Of a DNA stretch of 64,000 bases, positions 56,192 to 63,788 are shown piece by piece. This stretch comes from Pirellulales bacterium (lineage in GTDB: Bacteria; Planctomycetota; Planctomycetia; Pirellulales; UBA1268), in assembly GCA_049695995.1 (NCBI GenBank), contig JBAVTF010000115.1, positions 1,669 through 65,668 of the forward strand, in the 5' to 3' direction. Under the pieces are notes generated by a model, which was not told the DNA's origin, searched no databases, and worked only from the letters and a program-made list of their open reading frames with translations. Within the stretch, counting starts at the first letter, position 1. Each line of letters starts with the position of its first letter. Both the position numbers and the translations under genes were made by a program.

Positions 56192-56773
56192 TCACGGCGT
56201 TGTGGTCGGCAGCAGGCTGCGGATTTCGGCTTCGACGTCGGCGTAGGTGAACGGCCGGCCGAGTCGGCGGGCTGCGTCGTCGTCGTCGAACCGGCGGGCC
56301 AGGGTGCCGTCGGCCTTCCAGACGTAGACGGCCGGGATGCTCACGAGGTCGAGCTTCTTGTAGAGCGAATCGGCGTCTTCCTTCGTCAGCATGTTCAAGA
56401 TTTCGCCGGCGTTAACTTTTTCGAGGAACGACCGCACGGGCGGCAGAACCTCTTCGGGCGTGCCGATGCCCTCGTAGTCGAACGAGAGCGAGAGGCAGGC
56501 GACCCGGTCACGATATTTCTCCGCCAGGGCGACGAGGCCGGGGAATTCCTTCACGCAAGGGGGGCACGACGTGCTCCAGCAGTCGAGCACGACGATCCGC
56601 CCGCGCCGGGCCTCGACGGCCGCCATCAGGCCGGCGTGATCGACGAGTGCGACGTCGATGGCCTGTGCGGCGGCCGGCGGGGCTGGTGGTGGTGGCGAGC
56701 AGCCCGCGATCAGGCAGAATGCGATGCCAGCCGTGACGATCAGATGCGAGACGATGCCGCGATTCGAGCACAT
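56192..56773 (-). CDS. TlpA-like thiol:disulfide oxidoreductase lipoprotein (thioredoxin fold, CPPC)
   Basis: The lipobox is CLIAGCS. The active site is LDCWSTSCPPCVKEFPGL. ATG 56773 overlaps the divergent SpoU start by 20 nt. Confidence 0.7.
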   Translation of the reverse strand: MCSNRGIVSHLIVTAGIAFCLIAGCSPPPPAPPAAAQAIDVALVDHAGLMAAVEARRGRIVVLDCWSTSCPPCVKEFPGLVALAEKYRDRVACLSLSFDYEGIGTPEEVLPPVRSFLEKVNAGEILNMLTKEDADSLYKKLDLVSIPAVYVWKADGTLARRFDDDDAARRLGRPFTYADVEAEIRSLLPTTTP

Positions 56774-57272
56774 CAGGCACAAGCCTCCCGAGAGTCTGCC
56801 GACGCCGCGCGAGCTCATCGTCGCCTGTGCGGCGATGCGCAGCCACGTCAACCTGTCGCACATCGTACGGACCTGCGGCTGTTTCGGCATCCGCCGGGTG
56901 ATCGCCTGCGGCGCAGCCCGGCTGCACGAGCGGATCGCCCGCGATGGTGCCGAGTCGGTGGCGCTCGACGTGCATCGTAGCCTGCCGCCGGTGCTCGACC
57001 GGCTCAAGGCCGAGGGTTACCAGCTCGTGGGCCTCGAGCAGACGACCAACTCGGAGCGGCTGTTCTCGTTCTCGTTCGCGGCACGCACGGTGCTCGTGAT
57101 CGGCAACGAGCGGACGGGACTGGAGCCCGATGAACTCGCACGGCTCGACCGCGTGGCCGAGATTCCGATGGCCGGCATGCCCCACAGCCTCAACGCGGCC
57201 ACGTCCACGGCGATCGCGGTCTACGAATACTGCCGCCAGCATCCGGCGGCAGCCGCAGGGCACGCGCCATGA
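56754..57272 (+). CDS. SpoU/TrmH-family RNA 2'-O-methyltransferase
   Basis: The SPOUT motifs are NLSHIVRTCGCFG, VLVIGNERTGL and IPMAGMPHSLNAATSTAIAVYE. Confidence 0.75.
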   Translation: MPRFEHIRHKPPESLPTPRELIVACAAMRSHVNLSHIVRTCGCFGIRRVIACGAARLHERIARDGAESVALDVHRSLPPVLDRLKAEGYQLVGLEQTTNSERLFSFSFAARTVLVIGNERTGLEPDELARLDRVAEIPMAGMPHSLNAATSTAIAVYEYCRQHPAAAAGHAP

Positions 57273-58183
57273 CGCTCGTCATCGGCACCGATGAGGCAGG
57301 CTACGGCCCCAACCTCGGGCCGCTCGTCGTCGCGGCCACGGCCTGGCGGGTCGATGCGGTTCCCGACGATGTCGAGCAGCGGTTCGCCGCGGTCGCGGCC
57401 CATGCCGCCGGCCTGTGGGGCGACTCGAAGCAGATCTATAAGGGAGGCGACGGGTTTGCGGCGCTCGAGCGCGGCGCGCTGGCCGGCCTCTCGCTGGCCG
57501 CCGGCAGTCAGCCCGCACGGTGGAGTGATCTGGCGCGTGTCATTGGCTGCCCGCCGGATTGCGAACTGCCGGAACAGACGTCGCTGGACGCAGTCACACT
57601 GCCCGTCGCGGCGGACCACCACGACGATCTGACTGCCAGCCTTGCCTCCCGGTTGGCGGCCCACGGCGTGGCGCTCACGGCGGTGCGGTGCGGCATCGTG
57701 ACGCCGGCGGCATTCAATCGCCTCCTCGACACAGGCCTCAACAAGTCGGATCTGCTGTCGCAGGTCACACTCGAGCTTGCGGCAGGACTGCTCGCCGGCG
57801 GCGAGCCCACTGTCATATGGTGCGACCGTCACGGCGGTCGCAAGCGGTATGCGCCGCTCGTCGCCCGGCACTTTTCCGCGCCGCTCGTGCAGGCTCGTGA
57901 AGAGACGTCCGCCCGCTCTGCCTACGCCGTCCCGGCGGCACACCTGCAGATCGAGTTCAGCGTGGGAGGCGAATCGCGGACGCCGGTGGCCCTGGCGAGC
58001 ATGACGGCCAAGTACGTGCGGGAGCTGACAATGCGGGCCTTCAACGACCACTGGGGTCGGCTCGTGCCCGGCCTCGAGCCGACGGCCGGGTACCCAGTCG
58101 ATGCGGCGCGGTGGCGTCGCCAGGCAGCGGTGGCGGTGGAACAGGCGGGTATCGGCTGGGATGCCATCTGGCGTCAGGCATGA
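57269..58183 (+). CDS. Divergent RNase HII-family (RNase H2-like) protein, 304 aa
   Basis: The motifs are GTDEAGYGPNLGPLVVAA (cf. G.DE.GRGPL.GP.V.AA), GDSKQI, ALASMTAKYVRE and GYPVD. The protein is about 90 aa longer than a typical RNase HII. Its start overlaps the SpoU stop (ATGA). Confidence 0.5.
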   Translation: MTLVIGTDEAGYGPNLGPLVVAATAWRVDAVPDDVEQRFAAVAAHAAGLWGDSKQIYKGGDGFAALERGALAGLSLAAGSQPARWSDLARVIGCPPDCELPEQTSLDAVTLPVAADHHDDLTASLASRLAAHGVALTAVRCGIVTPAAFNRLLDTGLNKSDLLSQVTLELAAGLLAGGEPTVIWCDRHGGRKRYAPLVARHFSAPLVQAREETSARSAYAVPAAHLQIEFSVGGESRTPVALASMTAKYVRELTMRAFNDHWGRLVPGLEPTAGYPVDAARWRRQAAVAVEQAGIGWDAIWRQA

Positions 58184-58234
58184 TGCCTGCTCCGGCGCTT
58201 GCTCGGCCTCCCGTCGCGCCGCACAATCTCGCCC

Positions 58235-58720
58235 ATGCCGCCGACACAACTCTACATCGTTCGCCACGCCGTCGCCGAAGACATCTCGGAGACGGGGGAT
58301 GATGCCTCGCGCCGGCTGACGAAGAAGGGCCGCAAGGCCTTCGTGCGGCTCGTGCGACAGCTCCGAGCCGCCGGGATGGAGGTCGATCTCATCGCTGCCT
58401 CCCCATTGGTACGCACGCGGGAGACGGCCGCCGCGCTGGCCGAAGAGGTCGGGGGCCGGCCGCCGGTCGAGGTGGTCGATGCCCTCGCGCCTGGTTCCGA
58501 TTGGCAGGCCATGGTGGAGTGGACCGCACGCCAGGATGCCGACCGAGTCGCCTGGGTGGGGCATGCGCCGTGCGTCGGGCACCTCGTGGCCTTGGCGATC
58601 GGTGCCGCCGGGGCCGGGGTGGTGATGGAGAAGGGGGCCGTGGCATCGATCCGCCTGCCGGCCGGCATCGGCCAGCCGGGCGACCTCGAGTGGCTGGCAA
58701 CGCCCGACCTCGTCGATTGA
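58235..58720 (+). CDS. sixA: Phosphohistidine phosphatase SixA (histidine phosphatase family)
   Basis: The motifs are LYIVRHAVAE (RH catalytic motif), ASPLVRTRETA and VGHAP. The length is 161 aa. Confidence 0.7.
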   Translation: MPPTQLYIVRHAVAEDISETGDDASRRLTKKGRKAFVRLVRQLRAAGMEVDLIAASPLVRTRETAAALAEEVGGRPPVEVVDALAPGSDWQAMVEWTARQDADRVAWVGHAPCVGHLVALAIGAAGAGVVMEKGAVASIRLPAGIGQPGDLEWLATPDLVD

Positions 58721-58821
58721 CGCGACCTCCCGGCCTGGTGTCGGCCTAGACTCCACCCCCTCCGGGCTGGCGTCTACAATGCTCGGCTGAGAGTGCCTTC
58801 CGTTTCATTCGGAGTCGAGCC

Positions 58822-60309
58822 ATGTCCATTGTCGCCGATCGTCGTGTTGCCGTTTGGGCACGTCCGTTTTCACTGCTCGCAACCGGCCTCGTGACCGTGG
58901 GCGTAGGGTGCGCGCCGGCTGGTCCGGGCGGAGCGCCTGCGGGCAACGTAGTGGAGACGATCGAAGTGATCTCCACCGACGAGCCGAAGCCGGCCAACCC
59001 AGCCGTGGCCGAGACGGCGGCGGCCGTGCGGAAGGCGGTCGAGGAGACGAAGGAGGCGATCGCCGACGCCGACAAGCGGATCGCCGAGGCGGCCGAGTCG
59101 CTCGAACGCAAAACGCCGCCGGCCGAGCCGGAGAAGATCGCCGCCGCGCGTGAAAAGGTGCAACTCGGCGACCCGTCGCTCACCGCGGGCGTGCCCGCCA
59201 AAGGCGCTGGCGGCCCGATCACGCTCCCCGAGATCGAGGCCTGGCTCGACGATCCGCGGAATTTCGTGGAGCTCGAGCCGGTGCTGCCGCTCGGCCTCTC
59301 ACAGGGCGCCGCCCAGATCACGGGCCTCGACAAAAACCCACTCACGCGAGCCAAGATCGAACTTGGTCGGCAGCTCTACTTCGATCCGCGGCTCTCGGCC
59401 GACTCCACGGTCAGCTGTGCCAGCTGCCACAACCCAATCGAGGGCTATACCGCCCACACGACGACCGGCGTGGGCATCCGCGGCCAGAAGGGGGGCCGCA
59501 ATTCGCCCGTCTCGTTCAATCGCATCCTCTCGGGCCCGCAATTCTGGGATGGCCGAGCCGACTCGCTCGAGGCTCAGGCGGTGGGGCCGATCGCCAATCC
59601 GATCGAGATGGGCTTCACCCACGAGGGTGTCGTGAAGCGGCTCGGCGAGATGCCCGTCTACAAGCAGCAGTTTGAGAAGATCTTCGGGGAACTCACGATC
59701 GACCGCGTCGGCCAGGCGATCGCCGCGTTCGAGCGGGTGCTCGTCACGGCGCCGTCCCCCTACGACTACGGCGAGCAACTGCGGGCCTTCGCGGGCCTCG
59801 ACCCAGACGACATCGCCGACGATCCGGAACTGTCTGCCAAGTATGCGGCCGCGAAGGAGGCCGCTGCGGCCCATCCGATGAGCGAGTCGGCCCAGCGGGG
59901 CCGTGACATCTTCTTCGGCGAGAAAGGGAACTGCACCGCCTGCCACGTCGGGGCCAATCTCGCCGACGAGAAGTACCACAATCTCGGCATCGGCATGGAA
60001 AAGGAAAGCCCCGACCTCGGCCGGTTCGTGGTCACGAAGGACGAGAAGGACACCGGCGCCTTCAAGACGCCGACGGTGCGCAACGTCGCCCTCACTGCTC
60101 CCTACATGCACGACGGATCGATGGCGACGCTCGAGGAAGTCGTCGAGTGGTATGACAAGGGGGGCCACCCCAACCCGCACCTGAGCGACAAGATCAAGCC
60201 GCTCAAATTGACGCCGCAGGAGAAGTCCGACCTCGTCGAGTTCATGAAGGCCTGCACAGGTCCAACGCCGACCGTCGAAACCAGCCGCCTGCCCGCCGAC
60301 GGCACCTAG
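58822..60309 (+). CDS. Di-heme cytochrome c peroxidase (CcpA/MauG family)
   Basis: The two heme motifs are CASCHN and CTACHV. The family patterns FWDGRA, FKTPTVRNVALTAPYMHDGS and L..VV.WY are present. Confidence 0.9.
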   Translation: MSIVADRRVAVWARPFSLLATGLVTVGVGCAPAGPGGAPAGNVVETIEVISTDEPKPANPAVAETAAAVRKAVEETKEAIADADKRIAEAAESLERKTPPAEPEKIAAAREKVQLGDPSLTAGVPAKGAGGPITLPEIEAWLDDPRNFVELEPVLPLGLSQGAAQITGLDKNPLTRAKIELGRQLYFDPRLSADSTVSCASCHNPIEGYTAHTTTGVGIRGQKGGRNSPVSFNRILSGPQFWDGRADSLEAQAVGPIANPIEMGFTHEGVVKRLGEMPVYKQQFEKIFGELTIDRVGQAIAAFERVLVTAPSPYDYGEQLRAFAGLDPDDIADDPELSAKYAAAKEAAAAHPMSESAQRGRDIFFGEKGNCTACHVGANLADEKYHNLGIGMEKESPDLGRFVVTKDEKDTGAFKTPTVRNVALTAPYMHDGSMATLEEVVEWYDKGGHPNPHLSDKIKPLKLTPQEKSDLVEFMKACTGPTPTVETSRLPADGT

Positions 60310-60428
60310 GTCGCCCGTCCCGTCTCACCGTAGTCCGCACACTCGCGCCGTAGTCCGCATGCGGCCCACGGGCAGAACACCGCAGGCCCGTCTATTCCTT
60401 CGCGGGTCGACCTCCTGCGTGGGGGTCC

Positions 60429-60561
60429 GGGGCTGCCCACGCCCCGTCGCCGGACGCTCGCTACGAACATCCTGTTCTTCGCTCGCTCGGATGCCGCCGT
60501 CGCTTCGGCATCCTGCCTGCGCTTGGCGGCATACGCCGGCTCCTGGGGCATGGGCAGCCCC
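60429..60561 (+). repeat. 133-nt hairpin-closed intergenic element, copy 2
   Basis: The ends are GGGGCTGCCCACGCCCCG...TGGGGCATGGGCAGCCCC. The central hairpin GGATGCCG-N9-CGGCATCC is perfect in this copy. Confidence 0.9.
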
Positions 60562-60681
60562 GCACCTCCTGTACTCTGAGCCCCCAAGCACCGGCGATCA
60601 CTACAAAGACGCGCGATGGATTCCGTCGCCACCCGGTAGGCGTCATACTCGGGGGCTCGCCGTAGGCCCTCCGACGCACAC

Positions 60682-61704
60682 ATGACCCGCACCACGCTCC
60701 CGCTGTCCGCCGCCACGCTGCCGCTGTATGCGGGCGTCGATCTCGGTGGCACGAATATCAAGGCGGCGCTCGTCGATGACGCGGGGCGGATCGTCGCCTT
60801 TCACACCGAGCCGACGCATGCCACCCGCGGACCGGAGGATGCTGCCGCCCGCATGGGCCGAGCGGTGCACGCGCTCGCCGCCCAGGCCGGCATCGCCACG
60901 GCCGACGTGGCGGCCGTCGGGCTCGGCTCGCCCGGACCGCTCGACATTCCGGCGGGCACGATCGTGCGGGCCGGCAACCTGCCTGGCTGGGACGACTTTC
61001 CGATCCGGGACCGCGTGGCTGCCCACTGCGGCCGGCCGGTGACGTTCGCCAACGACGCAAATGCGGCGGCGTATGGCGAGTTCTGGGTCGGCTCCGGTCG
61101 CGAGGAGACGAGCCTCGTCATGCTCACGCTGGGCACGGGCGTCGGCGGGGGAATCATCATCGGCGACTTGAACGTGGAGGGCGCCCACAGCCACGGGTCG
61201 GAGTGCGGTCACATGATCGTCGATCCGTCGCCCGAGGCCCGCGTGTGCCCCTGCGGCCAGCCGGGGCACCTGGAGGCCTACGCCAGTGCCACGGCGGTCG
61301 TGCGGCGGGCCGACGAGGCGATCCGGGCCGATGGCTGCGGGTCGCTGGCTCGGGCAGTGGCCGCGGGCGAACCGCTCACCCCGATTCTCGTAGGCCGAGA
61401 ATGTGCCGCGGGCGATCCGGTGGCGACGGCGATCGTGGCCGAGACGGCCCGCTGGCTCGGCATCGGCATCGTCACGCTCATGCATACGATCGACCCCGAA
61501 GCCGTGATCATCGGCGGCGCCATGACGTTCGGGGGTGAGGCCGATCCGGTGGGCCGGCTGTTCATCGAGGCCGTTCGCTCCGAGGTCCGCTTCCGCACGT
61601 TTCCGCTTCTGGCCGCCCGCACGGTGATCCGCTACGCCAGCCTCGGGGGTGACGCGGGGGCCATCGGCGCCGCCGGCCTCGCGCGGCTCTCCCATCGCGG
61701 GTAA
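60682..61704 (+). CDS. glk: ROK-family glucokinase
   Basis: The ATP-binding motif is GVDLGGTNIK, and the ROK zinc motif is GHM......CPCGQPGHLE. There is no N-terminal HTH. Confidence 0.8.
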   Translation: MTRTTLPLSAATLPLYAGVDLGGTNIKAALVDDAGRIVAFHTEPTHATRGPEDAAARMGRAVHALAAQAGIATADVAAVGLGSPGPLDIPAGTIVRAGNLPGWDDFPIRDRVAAHCGRPVTFANDANAAAYGEFWVGSGREETSLVMLTLGTGVGGGIIIGDLNVEGAHSHGSECGHMIVDPSPEARVCPCGQPGHLEAYASATAVVRRADEAIRADGCGSLARAVAAGEPLTPILVGRECAAGDPVATAIVAETARWLGIGIVTLMHTIDPEAVIIGGAMTFGGEADPVGRLFIEAVRSEVRFRTFPLLAARTVIRYASLGGDAGAIGAAGLARLSHRG

Positions 61705-61713
61705 GATTCGTTC

Positions 61714-63531
61714 ATGCCTATCGACTGCAAACACATCCGTAATTTCTCGATCATCGCCCACATCGACCACGGCAAGAGCACGCTCGCCGACCGGCTCTTG
61801 GAGCGCACCGGCACGGTGGACAAGCGGCAGCTCAAGGACCAGATGCTCGACGACATGGAGCTCGAGCGGCAGCGGGGCATCACGATCAAGGCCCGGGCCG
61901 TGCGGATGGAATGCCGCCACCAGGGCGAGCTCTACGAGCTGAACCTGATCGATACGCCCGGCCACGTCGATTTCCACTACGAAGTCTCGCGCAGCCTCGC
62001 CTGCTGCGAAGGCGCCGTCCTGCTGGTCGATGCCTTCCAGGGGGTCGAGGCCCAGACGGTTGCCAACGCCTACGCGGCGATCAACCAAAACCTCGCCATC
62101 GTGCCGGTGATCAACAAGGTCGACCTCGTGCATGCTCGCGTGGACGAGGTGCTTCAAGAGATGGAGCAGAGCCTCGCCATCGATCCTACGGAGGTGATCA
62201 GGGCCAGCGCCAAGACGGGCATCGGCATCGACGAGTTGCTGGCCGCGATCGTGGAGCGGATTCCGCCTCCGCAGGGCGATCCGCAGGCCACCTTGCGGGC
62301 GATGATCTTCGACAGCCACTACGACGCCTACCGCGGCGCCATCACCTACGTGCGGCTCCTCGACGGCACGATCAAGAAGGGGCAGAAGATCCGCTTCCTA
62401 CGGACGGGCGTGACCCACGACGTGCTCGAGCTGGGCCAGTTCGTGCCGCAGCGGCGGGCCTGCGACGAGCTCATGGCCGGCCAGGTGGGCTACCTCGTCT
62501 GCAACATCAAGGACGTCAAGCAGGTCCACATCGGCGACACGGTGACGATCCCGGGCGACCATGCCGCACCGGCGCTGGCGGGCTACAAGCCGCCGCAGCG
62601 GATGGTCTACTGCGGCCTCTATCCGAGCGAAGGGGAGAACTTCGAGGAGCTCCGCGACTCGCTGGAAAAGCTGGCGATCAACGACCCGTCGTTCGAATAC
62701 CAGCCGGAGAGCTCGGAGGCCCTCGGCTTCGGCTTCCGCTGCGGCTTCCTCGGACTGCTCCACATGGAGATCATCCAGCAGCGGCTCGAGCAGGAGGCCG
62801 ATCTCGATCTCGTGCAGACCGCGCCCAACGTCACGTATCAGATCCTCAAGACCGACGGCGAAACGATCGAGATCACCAACCCGCAGGACGTGCCCGACAC
62901 CGGCCAGATCGAGGAGTTTCGCCAGCCGATCGTGCGGACGAATTTCCTCACGCCGGTCGAGCACATCGGGCCGATCATGCAGCTCTGCACCGATCGCCGC
63001 GGTACCTATCTGAAGACGGAATACCTCTCGCCCACCCGGGCGATGCTCACCTTCGACCTGCCTCTGGCCGAGGTGATCTACGACATGCATGACAAGCTCA
63101 AGAGCGTGACCCGTGGCTACGGCACGATGGACTACGAGCTGATCGGGTATTTCCCTGCTGACCTCGTTCGGCTCGACATCCTCGTCGGCGGCAAGAAGGT
63201 CGACGCCCTGTCCATCATCTGCGACCGCCGGGATGCCGACCGCCGCGGCCGCGCGATCGTGAAGAAGCTCCGTGGCGAGATCGACCGCCACATGTTCGAG
63301 ATCGCCCTCCAGGCCGCGATCGGCACGAAGGTCATCGCCCGCGAGACGATCTCCGCGATGCGGAAGAACGTGACGGCCAAGTGTTATGGCGGTGACATCT
63401 CCCGGAAGAAGAAGCTGTGGGCGAAGCAGAAGGAGGGCAAGAAGCGGATGAAGAGCATCGGCTCGGTGGACATTCCGCAGAAGGCCTTCATGGCGGTGCT
63501 CGATACCGGCACCGAGCGGCAGCAGGGGTGA
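61714..63531 (+). CDS. lepA: Translation elongation factor 4 (LepA)
   Basis: The motifs are IRNFSIIAHIDHGKSTLADRLL, DTPGHVDF and NKVD. The LepA-specific C-terminal region is GGDISRKKKLWAKQKEGKKRMK. Confidence 0.97.
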   Translation: MPIDCKHIRNFSIIAHIDHGKSTLADRLLERTGTVDKRQLKDQMLDDMELERQRGITIKARAVRMECRHQGELYELNLIDTPGHVDFHYEVSRSLACCEGAVLLVDAFQGVEAQTVANAYAAINQNLAIVPVINKVDLVHARVDEVLQEMEQSLAIDPTEVIRASAKTGIGIDELLAAIVERIPPPQGDPQATLRAMIFDSHYDAYRGAITYVRLLDGTIKKGQKIRFLRTGVTHDVLELGQFVPQRRACDELMAGQVGYLVCNIKDVKQVHIGDTVTIPGDHAAPALAGYKPPQRMVYCGLYPSEGENFEELRDSLEKLAINDPSFEYQPESSEALGFGFRCGFLGLLHMEIIQQRLEQEADLDLVQTAPNVTYQILKTDGETIEITNPQDVPDTGQIEEFRQPIVRTNFLTPVEHIGPIMQLCTDRRGTYLKTEYLSPTRAMLTFDLPLAEVIYDMHDKLKSVTRGYGTMDYELIGYFPADLVRLDILVGGKKVDALSIICDRRDADRRGRAIVKKLRGEIDRHMFEIALQAAIGTKVIARETISAMRKNVTAKCYGGDISRKKKLWAKQKEGKKRMKSIGSVDIPQKAFMAVLDTGTERQQG

Positions 63532-63556
63532 GGGTTCGATGCCTCTGGGTTGGGTC

Positions 63557-63689
63557 GGGGTTGCCCCTGCCCCGAGAGCCGGACGCTCGCTACGAACATC
63601 CTGTTCTTCGCTCGCTCGGATCCCGCCTGCGCTTCGGCATCCTGCCTGCGCTTGGCGGGATACGCCGGCGACAGGGTACGGGCAACCCC
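63557..63689 (+). repeat. 133-nt hairpin-closed intergenic element, copy 3
   Basis: The ends are GGGGTTGCCCCTGCCCCG...AGGGTACGGGCAACCCC. The C-to-T change in the 5' arm is matched by a G-to-A change in the 3' arm. Confidence 0.9.
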
Positions 63690-63788
63690 TCCGCGTCTTG
63701 TGGTGCACGAGGGGAAGTGTGTTCGCCGTATATTGCCGTTCCTCGCAATCCTTCTATTCAATAAAGCACGCGATAGGACGTCACGATC

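Noticed and set aside
56754-56773. A 20-nt head-to-head overlap of the TlpA-like (minus strand) and SpoU (plus strand) start codons, which might be a regulatory oddity.
   Set aside because: This is most likely start-codon uncertainty. Both genes are real, but I cannot verify either start without N-terminal or ribosome-profiling data, so I do not treat the overlap as a finding.
57221-58756. A 511-aa minus-strand ORF.
   Set aside because: It is antisense to the RNase HII-like and SixA genes. The composition is Arg/Gly/Pro-rich with no recognisable domain.
60652-60670. A possible fifth, degenerate copy of the GTAGGCCC...GTGAC boundary motif (GTAGGCCCTCCGACGCACA), just upstream of the glucokinase ATG.
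   Set aside because: Only the GTAGGCCC half matches and the palindrome is absent. This is too weak to count as a copy.
60643-62319. A 558-aa minus-strand ORF.
   Set aside because: It is antisense to the ROK glucokinase and lepA genes, both of which carry clear family motifs. This is a typical GC-rich shadow ORF.
55990-63700. Whether the three spaced repeats could be a CRISPR array or rRNA/tRNA-related repeats.
   Set aside because: The repeats are 133 nt long, only about 85-90% identical, and separated by 4.2 and 3.0 kb of ordinary genes. No cas genes are present, so this does not have CRISPR architecture.
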